64,000 nt of DNA from an uncultured Candidatus Saccharibacteria bacterium (GTDB lineage: Bacteria; Patescibacteriota; Minisyncoccia; Phycocordibacterales; Zambryskibacteraceae), in contig CAZFAS010000002.1 of NCBI GenBank assembly GCA_964516975.1, positions 4,818-68,817 of the forward strand, written 5' to 3'. Every line of letters starts with the position of its first letter. Within the stretch, counting starts at the first letter, position 1. Below, piece by piece: positions 39,235-48,535 of the stretch. The notes beneath the pieces are model-generated. The model was not told where the DNA came from. It worked only from the letters and a program-made list of their open reading frames with translations, and made no database searches. Made by a program: the position numbers and the translations under genes.

Positions 39235-39630
39235 ATGAAAAACGAAGGAGGATTCGAGAAACCATTACCTGGATGGGGAACTGATGAAAATGAGAATATC
39301 ATTAAGTCAGAAGTACTTGGTGGAATATTACTTGAGAAAATTTTAGTAGGTAAGGTTTTGCGAATTAAGACTCAGAAAAGAGAATATCTACTTGAGCATC
39401 GTGAAGACGGATTTTATTTGTCAGGGCATCCTGAATATTGCCCGACACCTACACTTGTTAAGCCACATGGTTCAACGTGGGGAGGAAGCGCTATTAAAAC
39501 TGGATATATAGGCAGAGGGATGGATTTTGAGTATGGAATTCCAGGTAAGGGAATGTTTAAGACTTCAGAAATTGTTGATGTGGAGATTGTGGGGGAAGAG
39601 CCAAGCATTTCGTCTGAAGATCAGCAATAA
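39235..39630 (+). CDS. Hypothetical protein
   Basis: 131-aa ORF, TATAAT just upstream, terminator 39630-39657. Confidence 0.65.
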   Translation: MKNEGGFEKPLPGWGTDENENIIKSEVLGGILLEKILVGKVLRIKTQKREYLLEHREDGFYLSGHPEYCPTPTLVKPHGSTWGGSAIKTGYIGRGMDFEYGIPGKGMFKTSEIVDVEIVGEEPSISSEDQQ

Positions 39631-39665
39631 AAACCCCAGTAACCTAGGTTACTGGGGATGTTCTT

Positions 39666-40010
39666 TTAAATAGTGCGAGATTTGACTCGGGTACTCTTTT
39701 TCCTTGCTCGCATCGCTGCAGGGCGCATTTTTATTGGTTTTGCTTCAGGCTGAAGCAGGGTAAGTGTAGTCCTCCCAGTGTCTTTATCATACTTTCTTCG
39801 GAAACGAGCTGGAAAAATTTGGAATCTTCGTTTTATCCAGATACCTTGCTTCTTATCAAATACCCAGCGGATTTCAGTTTTTCGTTCAATCTCCCTCCTA
39901 ACTCTATAACGTGATGGTGCATAATCAGCATCGTGGGCGAAACCAGGATTTTCGTACCCCAATACTCGTTGCTGCGCCATGATTTTTAAAAGCGTTCCAC
40001 GTGTATGCAA
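39666..40010 (-). CDS. Hypothetical basic protein
   Basis: TTG start with AGGAGA SD (alternative ATG at 39980); Arg/Lys-rich. Confidence 0.55.
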   Translation of the reverse strand: MHTRGTLLKIMAQQRVLGYENPGFAHDADYAPSRYRVRREIERKTEIRWVFDKKQGIWIKRRFQIFPARFRRKYDKDTGRTTLTLLQPEAKPIKMRPAAMRARKKSTRVKSRTI

Positions 40011-40068
40011 GATCTCTCCTTGAATAGGTTCCTTTTATACAGTACTCTGCAAGTAAAGAATTTTCAAC

Positions 40069-40950
40069 ATGAATCAAATCAAAGCGCACTGGAAACTGTA
40101 TTTGATTGTAGTTCTCATTTGTTTAAATGTTTTTGTATGGAGTCTCGTACGCTCGCGAACGCCGCGGGACTATGTGACAGTTTCATACCTCGATGTTGGC
40201 CAAGGTGATTCAATACTCATTGAATCAAAAAACCGTAATCGGATTTTGATAGATGGCGGTCCTAATAACAAGATACTCGGCGCTCTAGGTAGCATGCTTC
40301 CATTTTTTAATAATGATATTGATGTGGTCCTTGAATCACATCCAGATAGTGACCATATTGGAGGACTTCCTGAGGTTGTCTCACGGTACACTGTGAAAAA
40401 TTTTATAGAGCCTGGTGTTGAATCTCCAAACACAGTTGACGACGAACTTCATGGAAGGATAGAAGGAAAAAATATCCCACATTATCTCGCACGAGCAGGG
40501 GAGCAGATAGATATGGGTGATGGTTCGTATGTAAAAATTCTTTTTCCAGATAGAGATGTCTCCGGATTAGAAACAAATGACGCATCGATTGTCGCACAGT
40601 ATTGGTATGGTGACACGTGCTTCCTGTTCACGGGAGATTCTCCTTCAAAGATGGAAGATTATTTAGTTTCAAAATATAAAGATGCTTTGAAATGTAATGT
40701 TCTTAAGGCGGGGCATCATGGTTCTCGCACATCAACAGATAATCTGTATCTAGATACGGTGAAGCCAAGTATAGCTATCATTTCAGCGGGCAAAGGGAAT
40801 TCATACGGTCATCCACATAAAGAAACAATCGAGAGACTTAGGGCTCATGGAATAGAAATTTTGAGCACAATAGAAAAGGGAACGATTTCTTTAATATCAG
40901 ACGGAAAAATTATTACGGAAAAATCTAAGAGTTTAATTTATTTCCCTTAA
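40069..40950 (+). CDS. ComEC-type MBL-fold nuclease (stand-alone)
   Basis: LDVGQGDS, IDGG, SHPDSDHIGG, FTGD, GHHGS, N.YGHPH. Confidence 0.92.
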   Translation: MNQIKAHWKLYLIVVLICLNVFVWSLVRSRTPRDYVTVSYLDVGQGDSILIESKNRNRILIDGGPNNKILGALGSMLPFFNNDIDVVLESHPDSDHIGGLPEVVSRYTVKNFIEPGVESPNTVDDELHGRIEGKNIPHYLARAGEQIDMGDGSYVKILFPDRDVSGLETNDASIVAQYWYGDTCFLFTGDSPSKMEDYLVSKYKDALKCNVLKAGHHGSRTSTDNLYLDTVKPSIAIISAGKGNSYGHPHKETIERLRAHGIEILSTIEKGTISLISDGKIITEKSKSLIYFP

Positions 40951-41320
40951 TTGCTTCTTGGACTTGTGTTACAACTTGGTCGAGATCCCAGTCAGTTTTT
41001 ACAAGATATCCATATGCACCCACTTCCATTGCTTTTGCAACAAATTCTTTACTTTCAAGAGCGGTAAGAAGAATAACTTTTGCAGTTCTTCCCCAAGCAT
41101 TTTTTCGGAGTTCATCAAGAAATTGCCATCCATTTACTTTTGGCATGAGAAGATCAAGTAAGATAACATCAGGATGCAATTTATCAGCAAGTGTAAGTCC
41201 AACCTCTCCATTTTCAGCACCTGTTGCTTCAAAGCCTGAAAGATTGAGTTTGTCACAGAGTACTGTACGAAGATTGTTGTCGTCATCGATTACGAGGATT
41301 TTTTTTGTTGTTTGTTCCAT
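40925..41320 (-). CDS. Single-domain response regulator
   Basis: ILVIDDD, ILLDLLMP, LLTA, YLVK. Confidence 0.92.
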   Translation of the reverse strand: MEQTTKKILVIDDDNNLRTVLCDKLNLSGFEATGAENGEVGLTLADKLHPDVILLDLLMPKVNGWQFLDELRKNAWGRTAKVILLTALESKEFVAKAMEVGAYGYLVKTDWDLDQVVTQVQEAIKGNKLNS

Positions 41321-41329
41321 GGTTTTTGA

Positions 41330-42655
41330 TTATAGGGTAATAGTGAATTCACTTCCTTTATTTTCTTCTGAGATGAACGTGATATGTCCTCCCATAGATT
41401 CGATAATTGATTTTACCAAATATAGACCTAAACCTGTACCTTGACTTGTACTCAGAGCTCTTACGTTATCTGCACGGAAGAGCTTCGTAAATACTTTATC
41501 TTGAACTTCCTTTGGTATTCCATATCCAGTATCCCGTACAATAATACGCTTGGTATTCATATCGTCAGCAAAACCGACTTCGATAGTACCTCCATCAGGG
41601 GTATATTTAACGGAGTTTGATATAAGGTTTTGTATGACAATACGGAGAAGCTTCGGGTCACTCTCGATTGCTGTGAGTAAGTTACCAAAATTCTTCTTTA
41701 TTGTAATTTTTTTCGTCTCAATTTGTGGCGCGAGCTCTTTGAGGACGCTTTCAGTTAGCTCGTGTACATTTGTTTTCTTTTTATCAATCGTAAGTGTGCC
41801 AATTTCGATACGTGAAACATTGAGTAGGGTATCAATAAGATCGATCATATCTTCGTTTACCGCATAAATTCGTTCGATATAATCTTTTTGTTTTTCTGCA
41901 AGTGGTCCGAGGTCGCCCGATCGAAGCATATCCATATACCACTTTACTGTTGCTGTTGGCGCTCGAAGCTGATGTGATGCAAGAGAAACGAATTCAGTTT
42001 TTGCTTGGTCTAGATGTTTTTGTTCTGTAATGTCAAAAAGTGATGCGAGACCAATTCTACCCTTGCTTCCAGGTGTGTTCATGTCGAAAATGGAAAGGAG
42101 TATTGTTCTTGTAAAACCACCTTTTGTAATCACCTCGATTTCGACTCTATCAATGGGAATACCGAGCTTGTATTGTTCGGCAATTTGTTTTGCCCTCCCT
42201 TGTTCATGATCAGGGAAGAAATCAAAAAAGTTTTTTTCGGTAATATCTTGGGGAGATGCGTTGAAGAAACGTAAAGCAGCTTTGTTAGGTTCACGGATAC
42301 CACCTTTTTCATCGAGTGTAATGTAGGGAACAGGGGCACCTTCATACAATCTTCTGAATTGTTCTCGTGAAATAGCTAACCAACGTGTCTCATTCCATAC
42401 CATAAGTTCTGAACGAGTTTTTGATGTAAGCAATAGGTAGACTATATATGCGATTAGAACAGATACTACAATTATAAGTAAGGTGATCGCATAATTTTGT
42501 GCTTCAGTAAGAGTGAGATCAGAGTTTATGTATAAATTGGGAATAGCAAAAATTTTTTGAATAAGAAAAAATGAGAGAAATAGAATTCCAAGTGATATTC
42601 CAAGCGCGATTAGCGATCGAATGAGATGATGAATGACGGGATTATTTTTTTGCAT
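41330..42655 (-). CDS. PAS-domain sensor histidine kinase
   Basis: 2 TM, PAS, SHQLRAP H-box, NLISNSVKY, DTGYGI, GTGLGL. Confidence 0.93.
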   Translation of the reverse strand: MQKNNPVIHHLIRSLIALGISLGILFLSFFLIQKIFAIPNLYINSDLTLTEAQNYAITLLIIVVSVLIAYIVYLLLTSKTRSELMVWNETRWLAISREQFRRLYEGAPVPYITLDEKGGIREPNKAALRFFNASPQDITEKNFFDFFPDHEQGRAKQIAEQYKLGIPIDRVEIEVITKGGFTRTILLSIFDMNTPGSKGRIGLASLFDITEQKHLDQAKTEFVSLASHQLRAPTATVKWYMDMLRSGDLGPLAEKQKDYIERIYAVNEDMIDLIDTLLNVSRIEIGTLTIDKKKTNVHELTESVLKELAPQIETKKITIKKNFGNLLTAIESDPKLLRIVIQNLISNSVKYTPDGGTIEVGFADDMNTKRIIVRDTGYGIPKEVQDKVFTKLFRADNVRALSTSQGTGLGLYLVKSIIESMGGHITFISEENKGSEFTITL

Positions 42656-42706
42656 AGAAGTTTCATCCTTATTGTAACATTGCTAATAAAAAAAATAACA
42701 AAAAAG

Positions 42707-43372
42707 CGCACGCGGATGATTCCGCGTGCGTTGTGTTTCTTTACACAAATAGCTCATGAGCGAGACCCAGCTTAATCATGGTTTCTGAGTCTACACTCTC
42801 TTCTGTTAACTGTTTATCAATTGCAGCCTGGGAGCTCAACTTGCCCCCGGTTTCCTTCTCGATGATATTTGCGTACCAGAGTTCCATTCTATCCATCTCT
42901 TGAACGCCAGCTCTCATGCTTCGAGATGGCATGGGACGATTTGCAGCGAATGATCTGCTTGGTTGATGGAAAAACATTGAAGTGTGCGGGCTAACTAAGC
43001 GATGTTCTCCAGTGAGAAATACAATAATCGCCATAGAGTCCACTTCACCGATCGCAACTGTTGTGAGTTTGATTTTTAGGGCCTTCATGAGGTCATAAAA
43101 TGCAAACCCAATGCTCGCCTCGCCACCAGCTGAGTTTATGAAGAGAAAAATGTCAGCTTCCTCGTCCTTCCAGAGTCTGACGATATCGCTAGTTACTCTA
43201 TTGAATTTCTCAGTATCGATCGGGCCAAACCACTGTACAACTCGGTTGGTTTTAATCATTGAAAACCTCCAGTGAGGGTCAACTTCTCTGCTGAAAATAG
43301 CATAATTTTACTTTGTTGTCAAAAATAAAAATAATGTAACAAAAAACGCACGCGGATGATTCCGCGTGCGTT
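42707..43372. repeat. 26-bp direct repeat (terminator hairpin) flanking the clpP-like gene
   Basis: CGCACGCGGATGATTCCGCGTGCGTT at 42707-42732 and 43347-43372, both preceded by TAACAAAAAA. Confidence 0.9.
42741..43259 (-). CDS. Divergent ClpP-like protease subunit
   Basis: FINSAGG, GEVDSMA (Ser), FFHQP (His); own promoter TTGACA-17-TATTTT and GGAGG SD. Confidence 0.82.
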   Translation of the reverse strand: MIKTNRVVQWFGPIDTEKFNRVTSDIVRLWKDEEADIFLFINSAGGEASIGFAFYDLMKALKIKLTTVAIGEVDSMAIIVFLTGEHRLVSPHTSMFFHQPSRSFAANRPMPSRSMRAGVQEMDRMELWYANIIEKETGGKLSSQAAIDKQLTEESVDSETMIKLGLAHELFV

Positions 43373-43385
43373 TTTTAGAGAATTT

Positions 43386-43628
43386 TTATATTACACCAGC
43401 TTTTTTGAGAGTGCTGTATGCGCCGTTCTTCTGGATAGTCTTGAGTGCCTTTGTTGAGAGGGTAAGTACCATTGTCTTTTTAAGTTCAGGAATATAAATA
43501 CGCTTCTTTTGAAGGTTAGCGTATTTTCGTACCATTCCGGTAGGGTTAAACTGCGTAGCACGAGTGCGGTTACTGTAACCACCTCCTACTCTTGAGCTCT
43601 TATTTGTTACTGGGCATACTTTAGCCAT
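43386..43628 (-). CDS. rpmB: 50S ribosomal protein L28
   Basis: MAKVCPVT.K....G..YSN...ANLQKKR...LSTKALKTI.K.G. Confidence 0.9.
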   Translation of the reverse strand: MAKVCPVTNKSSRVGGGYSNRTRATQFNPTGMVRKYANLQKKRIYIPELKKTMVLTLSTKALKTIQKNGAYSTLKKAGVI

Positions 43629-43683
43629 ATATTTATATTTCGTTGCACCATGCTATCATAAAACTCTGATAAGGCAAGTATAT

Positions 43684-44295
43684 ATGGGAACAGATCAAAT
43701 TTTTTATATCATCATTCTTATAATGTCAGTCGTTATCCATGAGGTAGCTCATGGATATGCGGCCAATCTCTTGGGTGATAAAACAGCTGAATATCAAGGC
43801 AGATTGACCTTAAACCCATTAAGACATCTGGATCCAGTGGGTTCAGTCCTTATTCCTGCTATCCTCATAGCATCTGGATCGAGGTTTATTATTGGGTGGG
43901 CAAAGCCAGTACCATTTAACCCTTATAATCTTCGAAACCAGAGATGGGGAGAGGCTATCGTTGCTGGTGCAGGACCCGCAGTTAACCTCCTTATTGCAAT
44001 TATATTTGGGCTTATTATCAGATTTGGTCAGCATACACTTGCTCCATCATTTATTGCTATTTCAGTCCTTATTACCCTTACAAACATTTTACTTGCAGTA
44101 TTTAACCTCTCTCCAGTTCCACCTCTTGATGGATCGAAGATCCTTTTTGCCTTTTTGCCCATTACATCGCAAATGCGCTCTGTTATAGAGAGAAACGGGC
44201 TCATTCTTTCTGTTATATATATCTTTTTCCTCTGGCAATTTGTGGCGCCAATTGCCTCCATACTATTCACTGCTATAACCGGCATTACTATTTAG
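43684..44295 (+). CDS. Site-2 protease (M50)
   Basis: HEVAH, GRLTLNP, AGP..N, FNLSPVPPLDG. Confidence 0.93.
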   Translation: MGTDQIFYIIILIMSVVIHEVAHGYAANLLGDKTAEYQGRLTLNPLRHLDPVGSVLIPAILIASGSRFIIGWAKPVPFNPYNLRNQRWGEAIVAGAGPAVNLLIAIIFGLIIRFGQHTLAPSFIAISVLITLTNILLAVFNLSPVPPLDGSKILFAFLPITSQMRSVIERNGLILSVIYIFFLWQFVAPIASILFTAITGITI

Positions 44296-44432
44296 ATGTA
44301 AAGTTGTTCAATTAGCTTCTTAAAGTGTACCTTGTTGTGCCATGTTTGATATACAAAGCCTTGCAAAAAAAGAGCGCTTGTATTAGAGTGTTGGGTACTT
44401 GATTTTTCAAGTGTTTTTATTTTTAGCCGTAT

Positions 44433-44843
44433 ATGGCAACAATAAATCAACTCGTAAAAAGAAAGAGAAAAGTTCTCCACCGAAAATCAAAATCGGTGGC
44501 ATTAACGCGTAGCTTTAATAACATAAAGAACCGCCCAGTTTTCTCATACTCTCCATTTAAGCGTGGTGTGTGCACAAAGGTAACAACAAAGACTCCAAAG
44601 AAGCCTAACTCAGCTATCCGAAAGATTGCTCGTGTACGTCTTACAAACGGAATGGAAGTTACTGCATATATTCCAGGAATGGGTCACTCACTTCAGGAGC
44701 ACTCAGTGGTAATGCTCAAAGGTGGTCGTGTTAAGGACGTAGGACTTCGCTACTCAGTTGTTCGAGGAGTACTTGATGCTACAGGCGTAGAAGGACGAAA
44801 GAAGGGTAGAAGTCAGTACGGTGCCAAGAAACCTAAGAAATAA
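44433..44843 (+). CDS. rpsL: 30S ribosomal protein S12
   Basis: [22 protein letters not shown]. Confidence 0.98.
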   Translation: MATINQLVKRKRKVLHRKSKSVALTRSFNNIKNRPVFSYSPFKRGVCTKVTTKTPKKPNSAIRKIARVRLTNGMEVTAYIPGMGHSLQEHSVVMLKGGRVKDVGLRYSVVRGVLDATGVEGRKKGRSQYGAKKPKK

Positions 44844-44848
44844 TTTCA

Positions 44849-45319
44849 ATGCGCAGAAAAGTTAAAAATCGAAATATTGCTGGTCCAGATCTCGTATATA
44901 GTTCTGATAAAATCGGAAAGCTTATTAACTATGTTATGTCAGACGGTAAGAAAAATACCGCTCGAACTATTGTGTACAAGGCTTTTGATTCAATCAAAGA
45001 ATCAGACAAAGGTGTTGACCCTGTAGAAGTATTTGAGACAGCGCTTAAGAACACTGGTCCAAATATGGAAGTAAGATCACGACGAGTAGGAGGAGCAAAC
45101 TACCAAATTCCTCGAGAGGTTCGTCCTGAAAGAAAGCTCGCTCTCTCACTCAAGTGGCTCATCGAAGCTGCACGAGCAAAGAAGGGTAAACCGATGCATC
45201 TCAAGCTTGCAGAAGAGATCGTACTCGCTTCAAAGAATGAAGGTGAAGCTGTGAAGAAGAGAGAGAATACTCATAAGATGGCTGAAGCAAACAAAGCATT
45301 CGCACACTTTGCTTGGTAA
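44849..45319 (+). CDS. rpsG: 30S ribosomal protein S7
   Basis: RRVGGANYQ, HKMAEANKAFAHF. Confidence 0.98.
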   Translation: MRRKVKNRNIAGPDLVYSSDKIGKLINYVMSDGKKNTARTIVYKAFDSIKESDKGVDPVEVFETALKNTGPNMEVRSRRVGGANYQIPREVRPERKLALSLKWLIEAARAKKGKPMHLKLAEEIVLASKNEGEAVKKRENTHKMAEANKAFAHFAW

Positions 45320-45336
45320 TATCATTATTTGGATTA

Positions 45337-45368
45337 ATCGAAAACTCCCCATATGGGGAGTTTTCGAT
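45337..45368 (+). terminator. Palindromic terminator after rpsG
   Basis: atcgaaaactccccatatggggagttttcgat. Confidence 0.7.
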
Positions 45369-45475
45369 AGATATTCCTATTGATTATCTTGTACGCTTCC
45401 TATATAGTAGGGCCATTCTGCCCTCGGGCATTTTATTTTTATTAAAGCTAAACGCTAAAACTATAAGCTAATTAT

Positions 45476-47629
45476 ATGGAAAGAGACTATCCACTAGAGA
45501 GAGTACGTAACTTCGGAATCATTGCTCATATCGATGCAGGAAAGACAACAACTTCAGAGCGTGTGTTGTACTACACAGGTTCACAACACAAGATTGGGGA
45601 AGTGCATGAAGGGGAGACTACGACTGACTGGATGGAACAAGAGCGAGAGCGTGGTATTACTATTACAGCAGCTGCGATCACATGTTTCTGGGGACCAACG
45701 TATCTTTCCGATGCGGATCGTTTAAAAAAGGAAAATAAATATCGTTTCAATATTATCGATACTCCAGGACACATCGACTTTACCGTAGAGGTGAAGCGAT
45801 CACTTCGAGTGCTCGATGGAGCCGTAGTTGTTTTTGACGGAGTTGCTGGAGTGGAACCTCAGTCAGAAACAAACTGGCGTTACGCTGAGGATGCTATGGT
45901 GCCTCGTATTTGTTTCATCAATAAGCTCGATCGAACTGGAGCTTCATTTGAACGTTCATACAAATCTATTCTCGATAGACTTTCAAAGAAGGCTGTACGA
46001 GTACAAATCCCAATTGGTGAAGAATCAAATCATGAAGGAGTAGTGGATCTTCTCGGAATGAAGGCATATTACTTCGAGGGAGAAATGGGTAATAAAGTGG
46101 TTCAGAAAGATATTCCAGAAAATCTCAAAGCTGATGCTGAAAAATATCATGCAGAACTCATCGAGAAGATCGTTGAACACGATGAGAAGATGATGAATGA
46201 CTATCTTGAAGGAAAAGTTGCTTCATATGAGGATCTTAAGAAAACACTTCGAAAGGCGGTGATTGCAAATGGAATCTTCCCAGTCTACGCAGGTTCTGCA
46301 CTTAAGAATAAAGGTGTGCAGATTATTCTTGATGGTGTTGTTGATTATCTTCCATCACCACTTGATATTCCACCGGTAAAAGGAATCGATCCAAATACTG
46401 GTGAAGAGGTGGTACGAAAAGCATCAGATTCAGAACCTTTTGCTGCGCTCGCTTTCAAACTCCAAGCAGATCCATTCGTAGGTCAGCTTACATTCTTCCG
46501 TGTATATTCAGGAACTATCGAATCTGGTACCTATATTTACAACTCAACAACAGGAGAGAAAGAAAGACTCGGGCGTATCGTACGACTTCAGGCAAATCAG
46601 CGGGAAGAGGTGAAGAAGGTGTACGCCGGAGAAATCGCTGCTGCTGTAGGTCTTAAGAACGCAAAGACCTCGCACACATTTTCTGATGAAACCCATCCGA
46701 TCGTACTTGATCAAATCAAATTCCCAGAGCCAGTGATCTCACTTCGTATTGAACCAAAAACAAAAGCAGACCAAGAGAAAATGGGTATGGCCCTCAAGCG
46801 TCTCTCTGACGAAGATCCAACATTTAAGATTGAATCAGACTCTGAAACAGGTGAAACTGTGATGAAAGGAATGGGAGAGCTTCACCTCGAAATCTTGGTG
46901 GATCGAATGAAGCGAGAATTTTCTGTGGAAGCAAATGTCGGTAAACCGCAGGTAGCATATAAGGAGACTATTACTGGAACAGCAGAAGTTGAAAATAAAT
47001 ACATCAAACAGTCTGGAGGTAAAGGCCAGTACGGTCACGTAAAAATCAATATCAAACCACTTCCTCAGTACGATCCAGAGGAGAAAGTACCAAAGAATGC
47101 ACATCGAGAACCAGGATTTGAATTTATAGATTCTATTAAGGGAGGTGTTATTCCACAGGAATTTATTCCAGCAGTTGAGAAGGGAATCCGAGAGGGAATG
47201 GAGCGTGGTGTGGTTGCAGGATTCAAGATGACTGATATTTCATGCGAACTCACATATGGAAGTTATCATGATGTGGACTCATCTGAAATCGCATACAAGA
47301 TCGCTGCATCACAGGCTTTTCAAGAAGCTGCACGAAAGGCAGGTCCAGTGATTCTCGAGCCTATTATGAAAGTTGAAGTGGTTGTTCCAGAGAAATTCAT
47401 GGGTGATATCACCGGAAACCTTTCAAGTAAGCGAGGGCAAGTGGAAGGAATGGAAGATCGTGGAGAACTCAAAGTTATCAAGGCAAAAGTACCACTCTCT
47501 GAAATGTTTGGATATGTTACATCGCTTCGATCTATGACAGAAGGACGAGGCTCATCAACAATGGAATTTGATCACTATGCTATCGTACCTCCGAACGTAG
47601 CATCAGGAATCGTAGAAGCACGAAAGTAG
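45476..47629 (+). CDS. fusA: Elongation factor G
   Basis: AHIDAGKTT, ERGITI, DTPGH, NKLD, GMGELHL. Confidence 0.98.
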   Translation: MERDYPLERVRNFGIIAHIDAGKTTTSERVLYYTGSQHKIGEVHEGETTTDWMEQERERGITITAAAITCFWGPTYLSDADRLKKENKYRFNIIDTPGHIDFTVEVKRSLRVLDGAVVVFDGVAGVEPQSETNWRYAEDAMVPRICFINKLDRTGASFERSYKSILDRLSKKAVRVQIPIGEESNHEGVVDLLGMKAYYFEGEMGNKVVQKDIPENLKADAEKYHAELIEKIVEHDEKMMNDYLEGKVASYEDLKKTLRKAVIANGIFPVYAGSALKNKGVQIILDGVVDYLPSPLDIPPVKGIDPNTGEEVVRKASDSEPFAALAFKLQADPFVGQLTFFRVYSGTIESGTYIYNSTTGEKERLGRIVRLQANQREEVKKVYAGEIAAAVGLKNAKTSHTFSDETHPIVLDQIKFPEPVISLRIEPKTKADQEKMGMALKRLSDEDPTFKIESDSETGETVMKGMGELHLEILVDRMKREFSVEANVGKPQVAYKETITGTAEVENKYIKQSGGKGQYGHVKINIKPLPQYDPEEKVPKNAHREPGFEFIDSIKGGVIPQEFIPAVEKGIREGMERGVVAGFKMTDISCELTYGSYHDVDSSEIAYKIAASQAFQEAARKAGPVILEPIMKVEVVVPEKFMGDITGNLSSKRGQVEGMEDRGELKVIKAKVPLSEMFGYVTSLRSMTEGRGSSTMEFDHYAIVPPNVASGIVEARK

Positions 47630-47731
47630 AATTAGGAATTACGTGTTATCAAAAAACCGAGCTTGCTCGGTTTTTTGATGGATTATGAAAATTGTGTATT
47701 CTTATGGATAGAAAAAAAGTATGGAGATTAT

Positions 47732-47911
47732 ATGAGAGATTCAGTGAGAGAAAGAGTGGAGTCAGTACTTTTTGGGCATCTTTCTCCTGAGGAAAGGGCA
47801 AAGGCGATGGCCCAGTATGTACTTATTGATAAGGGTTTTGATAGTATCCGTAAGGAAGTAGAGAGTGCGGGAAAGGTCCCCGGGTGGAAGCTCAAGGTGA
47901 AGGTGAAATAA
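47732..47911 (+). CDS. Small hypothetical protein (59 aa)
   Basis: GGAGA SD; bounded by hairpins at ~47650-47678 and ~47915-47944. Confidence 0.55.
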   Translation: MRDSVRERVESVLFGHLSPEERAKAMAQYVLIDKGFDSIRKEVESAGKVPGWKLKVKVK

Positions 47912-48000
47912 AATGACCCCGCAAAGCACAGCTTTGCGGGGTTTTAACTAGGTAGCATTTTTGTATACTAGTATAAGGAAAGTTCATAAAGAGGTTGAAA

Positions 48001-48252
48001 ATGAATCACTCTCTACCGTTGTCAGATGACGACTGGAAACAGGTTTTTTCTATAAGGTGGGGGAGAGAGTCAGCTCGGTTACTCCATATTTTAAGAGACG
48101 GTTGCTTCGATTCGTGCAAGTTTCGACCAGGAATTTCATGGTTTCCAACTCGTAGTAGGGTGGGTGGAATTAACTCTTCTTTTAAGAGGAAAAAGCTCCC
48201 TTACAAAATACGGGGTGATGGAAAGATCTTCAATCTACGAAAAACTACATAG
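48001..48252 (+). CDS. Small hypothetical protein (83 aa)
   Basis: GAGGT SD; TAGTAT upstream; terminator ~48261-48286. Confidence 0.55.
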   Translation: MNHSLPLSDDDWKQVFSIRWGRESARLLHILRDGCFDSCKFRPGISWFPTRSRVGGINSSFKRKKLPYKIRGDGKIFNLRKTT

Positions 48253-48535
48253 TGGTACGGACCGCCGACATTTTGTTGGCGGTTTTGTTTTCCCCAGGGT
48301 ATCCCCATATCAAGTATATTTTAGGTATATATTTCCTTGACTCTCATGCTGGCTCTGTTATTATGTTCGGTACCGCATTTCCCTCGGCCATGTGGCCAAC
48401 CGGGCAGTCGCGATCCTATCCTTGTTTTGATAGGGAGGTTTTTTTATTTGTAAAAATTATTAGTTAATTTCCTTAATTGCTTTGATTTACGCAATCTCGC
48501 GCTGTAAATCAAGGTAGGTAAGATATAAAAATATT

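Noticed and set aside
42707-43372. Direct repeat as a CRISPR remnant or IS ends
   Set aside because: Only two copies 640 bp apart, with no cas or transposase gene; kept as a cassette finding.
48252-48467. 71-aa ORF before tuf
   Set aside because: Runs across a terminator, promoter and structured leader; no SD or protein features.
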